Made by a program: the position numbers and the translations under genes | Part shown: positions 1 through 8,725 of the stretch, piece by piece | Layout of the letters: each line of letters opens with the position of its first letter | Position numbering within the stretch: position 1 is the stretch's first letter | NCBI GenBank assembly: GCA_046754105.1 | Contig: JBHHVD010000064.1 | Location: 1-18,978, forward strand | Reading direction: 5' to 3' | Source: Candidatus Krumholzibacteriia bacterium | GTDB lineage: Bacteria > Krumholzibacteriota > Krumholzibacteriia > WVZY01 | DNA length: 18,978 nt | Notes under the pieces: model-generated | What the model saw: only the letters and a program-made list of their open reading frames with translations | Told to the model about the DNA's origin: nothing | The model's database searches: none

Positions 1-303
1 GGAAACGTCGTTGCTCACGGTCCGAATCCGGTGCATTCGACAACTGGGTCCAACGCCTACGCGGAGCGCTTCGTGCTTTCGATCAAGTCGGAGTGCTTGT
101 CGAAGATCATCCCTCTCGGTGAACGGCATCTGCGTCTTGCTGTCGCCGAGTATGCAAAACATTACCATCTTGAGCGCAACCATCAGGGACTCGACAACCG
201 TCTGATTCGGTCCCCGCGAGGACAGCCCCGGAATGTCGGCCGAGTAGAATGCCGCGAACGGCTTGGCGGCATCCTGAAATTCTACTATCGAGAGGCTGCT
301 TAG
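1..303 (+). mobile_element. C-terminal part of an integrase-core (rve/DDE) transposase, partial and possibly degenerate
   Basis: NAYAERFVLSIKSECL...HLRLAVAEYAKHYHLERNHQGLDN...RERLGGILKFYYREAA is the typical C-terminus of integrase-core IS transposases. The usual PxxSPxx just before NAYAER is not present in this frame. Confidence 0.8.
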
Positions 304-557
304 AGGTCGGCTGAATAATGGGACAAGACGGCCTCGGATGACACGGTCATTGGCCGCACGTCAGAGACAAGACCGTCGGCCGCGACTGGTGATCAACGAC
401 TCGTCGAGACGCCGGGTATTCCCATCCGCTCCCACAGTCGTTTCACTCTGGCACTGTAGCTCCAACCGAGCTTTCCGCGCCGTCTCCCACCCGCTGAATG
501 CAGCGCTGCTGATCCTCTCTACGCCAGGAGATCTTCGACATCGAAGAAGCCTGATAC

Positions 558-1022
558 TTACCACCCGTTTGCGAGTGGCACCATGTGAAAGATGTCCGCT
601 CTGCGCTCCTCGAAGAGCCACTCGCCGTCGACGCGGGCGTAGCGATCCGTGTAGCGACCGGCGCCGACGATGGGAACGCCGCTGGAGGCATCGCGGGCGG
701 TAAGCTCGAAATAGCACTCACCCGAGGCGCGGTCGCCATCGACGATGATTCGGTGATTGTGCACCGTGTGGCTCATGTCTCTCAGCGTAGCGGCGACGAC
801 GTCCTTGAAGAACGCGCGAACCTCCTCGCGCCCTTTTGAGACGAACGGCCCCAGATCGCCGCCGCGCGAGCGGAAGTCGCACACCGCGTCTTCTCTGAAA
901 TACCGGTCGACGAGTTCATCGTAGCACCCGTCATCGACCAGGAAGCAGTAGGTGGCCGTCAGCTCTTTGATCATCTCGCGATCCTCGAGAATCCGTAACC
1001 GGTTGTGTATGCTCTCACCCAT
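558..1022 (-). CDS. SnoaL-like / NTF2-family protein (154 aa)
   Basis: RLRILEDREMIKELTATYCFLVD, F-x-EDAVCD, H-x-x-HNHRI-x-VDGDRA and GRYTDRY-x-RVDGEW-x-F-x-ER match the SnoaL_4 pattern. A GGAGG RBS precedes the ATG. Confidence 0.88.
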   Translation of the reverse strand: MGESIHNRLRILEDREMIKELTATYCFLVDDGCYDELVDRYFREDAVCDFRSRGGDLGPFVSKGREEVRAFFKDVVAATLRDMSHTVHNHRIIVDGDRASGECYFELTARDASSGVPIVGAGRYTDRYARVDGEWLFEERRADIFHMVPLANGW

Positions 1023-1094
1023 GGCAATCCTCCCTATTGGTCGGCCCGTGGCGCTGTCGAAGCCTCAATTCTCTTTGTAGAGTCGGTCGAGCCG

Positions 1095-1979
1095 CTACAT
1101 CTTCTCGGTGCTGTACTCCGGAGTGCCGGGTGTGGGCCACGCGCTCTCGATGAAATCGGTAACGACCTCGACAAATCTTACCGGTTCCTCGACGTGCAGA
1201 AAGTGTCCAGCCCCTGCAAAGATTTCTAGACGGCTTCCCGGTATGGCCGCTTTAGCGATATGCGCGTGGGCGACCGGTATGACGGGGTCATCGTCGCCCC
1301 ACATGATGAGCGTGGGAACGTTACCCACCAGGTAGAGCCGATCGCGCGCGCTGACCGACTGCCCGCCTGGATCGACGACCGCGCGCAGCGTGCGCACGAA
1401 GGGCTGGCGGTTCTCCGGCTCGGCCAACGACGCGTACGCACGCCACATCTCGGCAACGTGCGGCGCTCGCCATCCCCGGTCGCGCAGGAAACGACTCATG
1501 TCGTTGCCGAGATCGCGGACGAACCCGGGGCAAAGCAGCGGCATCAGGTATTCGGCTCCGGGGAGCGTGAACAGACGGACGAGCCAGCTCACCTCGCGGC
1601 CCAAGCCGCCGGATCCCGCCAGAACCAGACGTTCGACCTGTTTGGGGTACTGATAGGCGAACTGCATCGCGACCCCGCCTCCCAGCGATTGTCCAACGAT
1701 GTTGGCGCGATCTATCCCAAGCACGCCCATCAGATCCCGCAACCCGCTGGCCTGGGCACCGAGCGAGTAGTCGCCAAGCGGCTTCGCCGACTGGCCGTGC
1801 CCGAGCAGATCGGGGGCGATCACGGTAAAGGCGCGGGTGAGCAAGGGCATGACCTCCTTCCACGTCCGCGAACTCCCTGCCATACCGTGAATAAGTAGTA
1901 CCACCGGTCCATCGCCGGCCATCCGATAGCCGACGTCGTTGCCGTGGATGCTGACTTGCCGCAACGGGATCGAAGGCAT
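1095..1979 (-). CDS. Alpha/beta-fold hydrolase (294 aa)
   Basis: LLIHGMAG oxyanion motif, APDLLGHGQS, nucleophile elbow GQSLGG, WGDDDPVIP acid and GAGHFLHVE catalytic His. Confidence 0.93.
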   Translation of the reverse strand: MPSIPLRQVSIHGNDVGYRMAGDGPVVLLIHGMAGSSRTWKEVMPLLTRAFTVIAPDLLGHGQSAKPLGDYSLGAQASGLRDLMGVLGIDRANIVGQSLGGGVAMQFAYQYPKQVERLVLAGSGGLGREVSWLVRLFTLPGAEYLMPLLCPGFVRDLGNDMSRFLRDRGWRAPHVAEMWRAYASLAEPENRQPFVRTLRAVVDPGGQSVSARDRLYLVGNVPTLIMWGDDDPVIPVAHAHIAKAAIPGSRLEIFAGAGHFLHVEEPVRFVEVVTDFIESAWPTPGTPEYSTEKM

Positions 1980-2002
1980 GATAGCGAGGCCCGTGTCGGC
2001 GC

Positions 2003-2257
2003 TCAGCCGAGCAGCTCGTCGCCCAGCCGTCGAACGTCGCGGTTGATCTCGCGGAGGGTGTCGTAGACCGCGCTCATCAGCATTACCTGCGTCTCTCGCA
2101 GCTCGCGCGCCGGCTGCTCGAACGCAGCGGTCCTTTGCAACACATCAAGCGGCGCGTTGGCGATCGCCTGGTGGATAACTTGCACCGTCGTGGTCGTCTC
2201 GTCGATGGCGTCATGGACGAGCTCTCGCAGCCCCTCGGTAAAGTCAGCAATTCTCAC
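2003..2257 (-). CDS. Small all-helical hypothetical protein (84 aa)
   Basis: Strong AGGAGGT RBS before a GTG start. Closely spaced between co-directional neighbours (15 and 23 bp gaps). Amphipathic helical pattern LVHDAID..VQVIHQAIA..AVYDTLREIN. Confidence 0.75.
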   Translation of the reverse strand: MRIADFTEGLRELVHDAIDETTTTVQVIHQAIANAPLDVLQRTAAFEQPARELRETQVMLMSAVYDTLREINRDVRRLGDELLG

Positions 2258-2272
2258 GGTTCACCTCCTGGT

Positions 2273-2779
2273 TCAGTGTTTCCTGATGTTCTCCAGGCAC
2301 GGCGGGCATATCAGGTCCGGCGCGACCGGGTTGCCGCCGACTGCTGCCGCCGCGTCGCTACCTTTCTCCAGAATGGCGTTGCAGTTGGCACATACCGCGT
2401 TGACGTTGAGCGTGATCTGCTGCCAGCCGACGACAGCGGACGGGCGCAGCGCGTGCGTCGGCCTTTCCGCGCCCGGCTGGGTCGCCTCCGGCGCCCCGCC
2501 CAAGGCACGGCTCGTGAGGTTGGCCGTATCCTCGACGACGTCGCCGACCAACCCTAGGGTGTTTTTCAGGATATTGCGGACCAGGTTGGAGACCGAGACG
2601 CCGAGTTGCCGGGCTTGGGCCTTGATCTCCTCATCGAGCGCCTCGGGAATGCGAGTGTGGAGGACACGCTCCTTGCGCTCCGACCAACGCGCGGACTCGC
2701 CGGTATCGCTCTCGCGCCCCTGGCGCTCACCCGTGTTACCGATTCTACTGCTCTGGTTGCCGTGCTTTTCAGCCACCAT
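2273..2779 (-). CDS. Putative ribbon-helix-helix DNA-binding protein with C-terminal CxxC...CxxC Zn-finger (168 aa)
   Basis: RVLHTRIPEALDEEIKAQARQLGVSVSNLVRNIL fits the RHH/CopG beta-alpha-alpha pattern. CANC and CPPC pairs lie near the C-terminus. Confidence 0.72.
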   Translation of the reverse strand: MVAEKHGNQSSRIGNTGERQGRESDTGESARWSERKERVLHTRIPEALDEEIKAQARQLGVSVSNLVRNILKNTLGLVGDVVEDTANLTSRALGGAPEATQPGAERPTHALRPSAVVGWQQITLNVNAVCANCNAILEKGSDAAAAVGGNPVAPDLICPPCLENIRKH

Positions 2780-2786
2780 GCTCCGA

Positions 2787-2815
2787 ACCGTAGTCTATTG
2801 TGATACATTTGTCAA
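2787..2815 (-). promoter_or_regulatory. Sigma70-type promoter (TTGACA-17 bp-TACGGT), probably leaderless
   Basis: Minus strand: TTGACA at 2815-2810, exactly 17 bp spacer, TACGGT (TAnnnT) at 2792-2787. The ATG at 2779 follows after a 7-nt gap. Confidence 0.65.
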
Positions 2816-2828
2816 CCATCGTGATACA
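2800..2828. promoter_or_regulatory. GTGATACA direct repeat pair, putative operator
   Basis: GTGATACA at 2800-2807 and 2821-2828 (21 bp period), one copy on each side of the -35 box. Confidence 0.5.
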
Positions 2829-2940
2829 AGCTCCCACCCCTCGCCGCCACGCCACCGATACCCTCGGCGGACCTTGAGAAGCGCTACCTCCCGTGAGAGT
2901 ATGCCTCCTCGCCCGCACCCGCGGACGAGGAGGAGACAAC

Positions 2941-3693
2941 TTGGCCGCCGAAAGTCACGACCAACCCCGCGTGGGGGCACAAGACACCCGTGTCCCCGAG
3001 CGGGTCGTAGGCAACAAGCCCACCCTATACGGGTTCCAGACCTGCCCCTTCTGCTGGAAGGTACGCAGTCTGCTGAACTGGAAGGGCGTGGACTACAGCT
3101 CTGTAGAAGTGGACCCGATGACCAAGGCCGAGATTCGCTGGGCCGACTGGAAGTCTGTTCCGGTGTTCGTCGACGCAGACGGCACCCAGGTGAACGACTC
3201 GAACTCCATACTGCACTACGTGGACCAGAAGCTCGGCGGTGCGGCGCGCTTCGCGCGCAACGGTGAAGACGAAAAACAGGACCTCTGGATGTCGTTCAGC
3301 GACCAGACCCTCGCCAAGTCCATCGTGCCCGTGGTGTACCGCAACCTTCGCTCGAGCCTGGCAGCGATGGACTACGTTACCAGCCTGGAGCGTTTTTCTC
3401 GCTGGCAGGCCTTCAAGGCCAAATGGCTGGGTGCGGTCGTGATGCGGTTACTGGGTCTAAGCCGCGCCAGGATGTTCGAGCTCGGCCCGGAAGAAAATCT
3501 CACGGCACAGCTCGACCTGGTATCGGCAGCACTGAGCCCGGACTTCCTCGGCGGCAGTTCGCCCAACGGGGCTGACTTCGCCAACTACGGCATACTGCGG
3601 TCAACCCAGGCGCTGAGAGGCTTTGACCTCGTCGCGCGGCACCCCGCCGCCGGCCCCTGGTACCGGCGCATGCAGGAACTGTCGGCGACCTGA
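2941..3693 (+). CDS. Glutathione S-transferase family protein, prostaglandin E synthase-2 (mPGES-2)-like, with CPFC glutaredoxin motif (~250 aa)
   Basis: LYGFQTCPFCWKVRSLL..VEVDPMTKAEI..KSVPVF..QVNDSNSIL and FLGGSSPNGADFANYGILR. Start moved to the in-frame TTG at 2941, which follows a GAGGAGGAG RBS. Confidence 0.85.
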   Translation: MAAESHDQPRVGAQDTRVPERVVGNKPTLYGFQTCPFCWKVRSLLNWKGVDYSSVEVDPMTKAEIRWADWKSVPVFVDADGTQVNDSNSILHYVDQKLGGAARFARNGEDEKQDLWMSFSDQTLAKSIVPVVYRNLRSSLAAMDYVTSLERFSRWQAFKAKWLGAVVMRLLGLSRARMFELGPEENLTAQLDLVSAALSPDFLGGSSPNGADFANYGILRSTQALRGFDLVARHPAAGPWYRRMQELSAT

Positions 3694-3711
3694 GCTCCCC
3701 CCTCCCGATCA

Positions 3712-5556
3712 GTGAAAGTCCGGAACACCGCAATCATCGCCCACGTCGATCACGGCAAGACGACCCTGGTCGACCGCCTGCTGCAGCAGGGGGGGGCTCT
3801 GCGAGAAAACCAGCAGCTGGTCGATCGCGCGATGGATAGCAACGACCTGGAACGCGAACGTGGCATCACGATCCTCGCCAAGTGTACGTCGGTAACCTGG
3901 AAGGGCACGCGCGTAAACATCGTCGATACACCTGGGCACGCTGACTTCGGCGGCGAGGTGGAGCGCATCCTGAGCATGGTCGACGGAGTGTGCGTGCTGG
4001 TGGACGCGGCCGAAGGGCCCATGCCACAGACCCGCTTCGTAGTGGGCAAGGCACTCAAGTTGGGCTTGAAGCCGCTGGTCGTCATCAACAAGGTCGACCG
4101 CCCCGATCAGCGCGCCGCAGAGGTGTTGAACGAGGTCTTCGACCTGTTCGCGTCCCTCGACGCAAGCGACGAACAGCTGGACTTCCCGGTGCTCTACGCC
4201 TCCGCGAAGGAGGGCTGGGCTGTGGCCGACACGGCCCAGCCGCGCACAGACATGACCGCTCTGTTCGAACTGATGGTCGAGCACACGCCACCGCCGCGCG
4301 TGGCCGACACCGGGGAATTCCGGATGCTCGCCACCACGCTGGAATACGACCCCTGGCTGGGACGCGTGCTGACCGGGAGGATAGAGTCGGGAACGGTGCG
4401 ACCCAACATGGCGGTAAAGGCGCTCTCCCTCGACGGCTCACTGGTCGAGCACGCGCGTATCACGAAGGTGCTTTCGTTCGACGGCCTGCATCGCAACTCT
4501 CTGGACAGTGCCGGCGCCGGCGACATCGTCGCAATCGCCGGGCTCGAGCGGGGAACCGTTGCCGACACCGTGTGCGAGCCCGTGGTGTCCAGCCCGCTGC
4601 CGGCTCAGCCGGTCGATCCCCCTACCCTGGCAATGTCCTTCGCCATCAACGACTCCCCGCTGGCGGGACAGGAAGGCGACAAAGTCACCAGCCGGATGAT
4701 ACGCGAGCGCCTGTGGCGCGAGGCCGAGGGCAACGTGGCTCTCAGGGTATCCGACACCGAAGACAAGACGGTGTTCGAGGTAGCCGGGCGAGGAGAGCTT
4801 CAGCTGGGCGTGCTCGTCGAAACGATGCGCCGCGAGGGCTACGAGCTTTCGCTGGGACGCCCCCGTGTGCTCTACCGCGAAGATCCCCGCAGCGGCCTAC
4901 TGCTCGAACCAGTGGAAGAGACGGTGATCGACGTCGACGACGAGTTTACCGGCGTGGTAGTAGAGAAGATGTCGCGACGCCGCGGGCGCCTGGTCGAGAT
5001 GCGCGCCTCGGGCGGGGGAAAGACGAGGATGGTGTTCTACATACCGTCGCGCGGGCTCATCGGGTACCATGGAGAGTTCCTTACCGATACGCGTGGAACC
5101 GGCGTCATGCACCGGTTGTTCCACGACTGGGAGCCGGTCGCGGGCGACATGCCCGACCGCCGCTGCGGCACGCTGGTCTCCATGGAGCAGGGCAACTCTG
5201 TGGCCTACGCTCTGTGGAACCTGGAGGAACGCGGTCCTCTGTTCATTGGCCCGGGAGAAAAAGTGTACCGGGGCATGATAATCGGGGAGCACAACAAGGG
5301 CAGCGACCTCGACGTGAACCCGCTCAAGGGCAAGCAGCTGACCAACATGCGGGCCGCCGGCAAGGACGATGCCATCCAGCTCACCCCACCCACACGGATG
5401 ACCGTGGAGCAAGCCATGAGCTACATAGCCGATGACGAGCTCGTCGAGGTCACCCCCTGGTCTGTGCGACTGCGTAAACGCTGGCTGGACCGCCACGAAC
5501 GCAAGCGCCGCAGCAGAACAGACCAGCAGCCGGTCGCTGCCACTGCCATCGACTGA
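3712..5556 (+). CDS. typA: Translational GTPase TypA/BipA (614 aa)
   Basis: [75 protein letters not shown] and DELVEVTP. Confidence 0.98.
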   Translation: MKVRNTAIIAHVDHGKTTLVDRLLQQGGALRENQQLVDRAMDSNDLERERGITILAKCTSVTWKGTRVNIVDTPGHADFGGEVERILSMVDGVCVLVDAAEGPMPQTRFVVGKALKLGLKPLVVINKVDRPDQRAAEVLNEVFDLFASLDASDEQLDFPVLYASAKEGWAVADTAQPRTDMTALFELMVEHTPPPRVADTGEFRMLATTLEYDPWLGRVLTGRIESGTVRPNMAVKALSLDGSLVEHARITKVLSFDGLHRNSLDSAGAGDIVAIAGLERGTVADTVCEPVVSSPLPAQPVDPPTLAMSFAINDSPLAGQEGDKVTSRMIRERLWREAEGNVALRVSDTEDKTVFEVAGRGELQLGVLVETMRREGYELSLGRPRVLYREDPRSGLLLEPVEETVIDVDDEFTGVVVEKMSRRRGRLVEMRASGGGKTRMVFYIPSRGLIGYHGEFLTDTRGTGVMHRLFHDWEPVAGDMPDRRCGTLVSMEQGNSVAYALWNLEERGPLFIGPGEKVYRGMIIGEHNKGSDLDVNPLKGKQLTNMRAAGKDDAIQLTPPTRMTVEQAMSYIADDELVEVTPWSVRLRKRWLDRHERKRRSRTDQQPVAATAID

Positions 5557-5927
5557 GGCCGCGTTCCGATCCAAGCGAACGTCCTCGAGCTGCAGGGCTA
5601 CGATCGGCCGGGCAACGTGCGTGAGCTATAAGACGCCCTCGAGCGCGCCCTGATCGCCTCCAGGTCCGGCGCACTGCGCTTCGATCTCGCCCAGGGAGAC
5701 AGCGCGCGTGCGGGGCGCGGCGCGCCGTGATCGCGGCCGACCGTGAGGCGAACCTGCAGGCCGCGCCCGACGCCGAGATGAGGCGGCGCGAGCGCGAGAA
5801 CCTCCGTGCAGCCCTGAGGTATACCAAGTGGAAGATCGCCGGACCCGACGGCGCCGCGGAGCTTCTAGGCTTGCAGCCCACTACCCTCGCCTCCCGCGTC
5901 AAGGCGCTGGGACTCAGCAAGCCTTGA
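5557..5927 (+). pseudogene. Remnant of a sigma54-dependent enhancer-binding (NtrC/FhlA-type) regulator: end of the AAA+ domain plus Fis HTH
   Basis: Frame 1 from 5581 reads VLELQGYDRPGNVREL*DALERA (consensus YxWPGNVRELxNxxERA; W>R and TAA at 5629-5631). After a frameshift: ERENLRAAL..TKWKIAGPDGAAELLGLQPTTLASRVKALGL. No N-terminal part is present. Confidence 0.85.
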
Positions 5928-6062
5928 GAGCGGACTGGACTCAGGACGGCGCCAAGCTCTTGCTCCTCGACCCGACGGAATATTGACGGGCCGAGTACCA
6001 AACGCGGCCGATCAATTCGATTCAAAGACCAACGGCCTGGTGAGCTTCGAGAAGTCCTTTAA

Positions 6063-7667
6063 TTATGCGAGCTGGAAATCTGTGTCGGCGGAGCCCCACC
6101 GAACTGTAGCGATGGTAACCCCTGTACCGATGACTTCTGCAGTCCGGTCTCTGGCTGTGTGGACGTAGCGAACACGGCGGGTTGCGATGACGGAGATGCG
6201 TGCACGGAAACCGACACCTGTTCAGACGGCCTGTGCGCCGGCACCCTCGTTAGCGGGGTATGCGGTGATATCTGCACGGGTGGCTCCTGGACACACGGAA
6301 GTAGCGGCGAGATCGTGCGCGCCGGCCTGGGCCTGCGTGAACCCCCGATGGCAGTAACGTACGGCAACATCGTAGCGGCTACCGGAGGTGTAGTTCTTCC
6401 GCAGTGCGCCTATTGGACCGGGGTAGTGCGGATTCCGGTCCTGATGGTCGACTGGGAGGATTTTGATCCCGCGACCGACCCCAGCAATGAGAACAATCCT
6501 GATTCTGTGCTGTCGGGATACGTCCCGTCTACGCCGACTGAGCTCAGCCTCTATCTAAACGGCCCGTCGGGCCCGGCTCAATACTTTCGAGACGTCTCGG
6601 GTGGCCAGGCAGACCTGATATTCGACGTCTACGGCTGGATCCGTTCGAGCGCTCCGGATTCCTATCTCATGCCCCGCGCTACTTACCTGTACAACCTCGC
6701 CGACCTAAGCCCTAGTTATTCGGATCCCACCTGGAGTTGTCGCAAGAACGATGTTTTCGAAGATGCCTTGCGCGACGCCATCCTAGCTCATGGACTCGAT
6801 CTCACCGCCTACGACGCTGACTTCAACGGTGTGCTAGACGGCGCGGTTCTGGTCTACGAAGGCGCGGGTGGTCTTTGTAGCGGTGGCAATCTTTCGTGGC
6901 TGGACGGAACCGTCTTGCTGACCGACCCACCCGGGTTCTACTTTCCTAACGCCACAGAGCTCGTTACTCCTGACAGTCCCGACCGCGCAGCATTTGAGAG
7001 CCAGTCCATATACATGAACCTCTACAACAACATGCCCGAGCGCTACAGCGCCGACGGGAGCCGGTTCTACGTACCGGCGACCTGGACACATGAACTCGGC
7101 CATCTTCTCCTGGGTTATAGCGACTACTACTACGAGCGGTTCAACTTGGGGCCATGGGGCATGAGCGGCAATCATGGGGAAACACCGTCACATCCAGCCG
7201 CCTTCGAGAAGTGGCTCTTCGCCCGATGGATCGCGCCCGTGCTGGTCGATGACTCGGGGATCTACGAAGTCGCGGCCAATGAGATTCCAGACGGAACCGG
7301 GCACGACGCGGGACCATACTTATACGTCGTCTACCTGGACGCGAGCCATAACCACTTTCTGACGATAGAGAATCGCCGGTTCGATTCCGAGGGTAACGCG
7401 CTCACGCAGTGGGCGCCCGCTGATAACCGAGAGAGTGGGCTGTTGATCGTCGAGTTTGATATGACTCAAGATTACTTCTCGATATCGCCGCCACAGTCGC
7501 TGCGCCACCAGCCGGCGCGAACAGACCCATACTCGATAGAACAGTGGCGTACATATCGACCTGGAGACTTGTTCTCCCAATGTTTCGAGCAGAAATGCAT
7601 AACCATTGAGCCGGTCTCTCTGGATGGCCCCCCGGCCAGCTTCGCTGTGAGTCTGAGCGCGCCATGA
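6063..7667 (+). CDS. M6-family (immune inhibitor A-like) zinc metalloprotease with N-terminal Cys-rich repeats; 5'-truncated, possible pseudogene
   Basis: IPVLMVDWEDF, YFRDVSGG, DLTAYDADFNGVLD, zinc motif HELGHLLLGYSDYY, GPWGM and PSHPAAFEKW. The in-frame repeats CSDGNPCTDDFCSPVSGC/CDDGDACTETDTC run back to a TAA at 6060-6062 with no start codon or signal peptide. The first available start is GTG 6159. Confidence 0.75.
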   Translation, partial: LCELEICVGGAPPNCSDGNPCTDDFCSPVSGCVDVANTAGCDDGDACTETDTCSDGLCAGTLVSGVCGDICTGGSWTHGSSGEIVRAGLGLREPPMAVTYGNIVAATGGVVLPQCAYWTGVVRIPVLMVDWEDFDPATDPSNENNPDSVLSGYVPSTPTELSLYLNGPSGPAQYFRDVSGGQADLIFDVYGWIRSSAPDSYLMPRATYLYNLADLSPSYSDPTWSCRKNDVFEDALRDAILAHGLDLTAYDADFNGVLDGAVLVYEGAGGLCSGGNLSWLDGTVLLTDPPGFYFPNATELVTPDSPDRAAFESQSIYMNLYNNMPERYSADGSRFYVPATWTHELGHLLLGYSDYYYERFNLGPWGMSGNHGETPSHPAAFEKWLFARWIAPVLVDDSGIYEVAANEIPDGTGHDAGPYLYVVYLDASHNHFLTIENRRFDSEGNALTQWAPADNRESGLLIVEFDMTQDYFSISPPQSLRHQPARTDPYSIEQWRTYRPGDLFSQCFEQKCITIEPVSLDGPPASFAVSLSAP

Positions 7668-7828
7668 CGTCTTCTCCGCAATACTGCGTTGAGGCGCGTT
7701 TCCTGAGCGTGCACCCTTCGCTCGCCGCCGTCCACAGACCGCCTTTTCTGGGTATAAGTCCGATTGATGTAACCGGGATCTCACGCGGGGGAGACATCCG
7801 CACCAGCGGCAGCGATCAGCCTGCTCGC

Positions 7829-8392
7829 TCACTCCACCGAAAGGATTTTGATATCGAAATTGAGGGCCTTGCCAGCCAGCGGGTGGTTGAAATCCAGCAC
7901 GACCGTCTTTTCACGGACCTCGTGCACGCGGATCGGCTGCTTCGAGCCTTCTTCAGCGTCGCCCGCGAACAGCAGCGCACCGACCTTGCGGGCTCCCTCA
8001 GGGATCTGCGCGATGTCAATCTCCCTGAAGGCCTCCGGGTTGACGGCGCCATAGCCTTCCTCGGCCGAGAGTTTGACGCTCTTCTGATCGCCCGCAGCCA
8101 GACCCGTAAGCGCTTTCTCCAGCGCCGGAAGTATCTGCCCACCCCCTTGTAGGTACACCATTGGCTCGTCGTCGGCGTTGGTGCCGACGACGGTACCGTC
8201 GTCGAGTTTCAAGGTGTACTCCATAGAGACCTTGCTTCCACCGTCTATCAAGACTTTCTCCCGGACAGATCCGTCCTGTTGCTTCGCGTGTAGTTCTGGC
8301 GGCTCGGTTTCCGCCCGGCACGCCGATGCCACAAGCAGAAGCGCGAGAGACAGAAACACAAACCGAGAACAAAACATCGCAGCTATCCTCAT
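7829..8392 (-). CDS. FKBP-type peptidyl-prolyl cis-trans isomerase, SlyD-like, with N-terminal signal (possibly lipoprotein) peptide
   Basis: VSMEYTLKLDDG, YLQGGGQILPALEKAL, SAEEGYG and VVLDFNHPLAGKALNFDIKIL. The hydrophobic N-terminus ends in LLVASA-C. Confidence 0.9.
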   Translation of the reverse strand: MRIAAMFCSRFVFLSLALLLVASACRAETEPPELHAKQQDGSVREKVLIDGGSKVSMEYTLKLDDGTVVGTNADDEPMVYLQGGGQILPALEKALTGLAAGDQKSVKLSAEEGYGAVNPEAFREIDIAQIPEGARKVGALLFAGDAEEGSKQPIRVHEVREKTVVLDFNHPLAGKALNFDIKILSVE

Positions 8393-8725
8393 TTCAGCGC
8401 CCCTGGTTCTTTTCAGCTAGTGCCCAACAGGGCAGAACACCGAGGCCTCACAACCACGGTGCCAGTCCAGAACAGATCCGGCACAGACCCACAACCGCGC
8501 CTGGCGACGCATAACGTTCGTAAATATAGCGGGCAGCACCTGACCAGGCAAACGCGTTCCGTCGCACCAATCCGCCGCACGAAGTGAAAACGACAAGACG
8601 CGGGAGCTTTCACCGCACCGAGCAGATTCCAACGCTGCGCGTACGAGTACCCGGGCAGGCGCCACCCGTTCATGCGACAAATCTGCAACGCGGCTCTCGA
8701 GGCACAGCGGCAGACCAAGCTGTCC

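Noticed and set aside
3990..5435. 481-aa alternative-frame ORF inside typA, and similar long overlapping ORFs (2157-3266, 13103-13996, 9635-10426)
   Set aside because: Arg/Gly/Pro-rich or antisense shadow frames typical of high-GC coding DNA, with no recognisable motifs.
5554..5631. UGA readthrough of typA (frame stays open for 24 codons)
   Set aside because: TypA is already complete, there is no Cys/Sec-type context, and the downstream frame belongs to a decayed sigma54 activator.
8509..8680. GCATAAC as a possible integron attC core site
   Set aside because: No complementary GTTATGC partner or L boxes at a suitable distance, and no cassette array.
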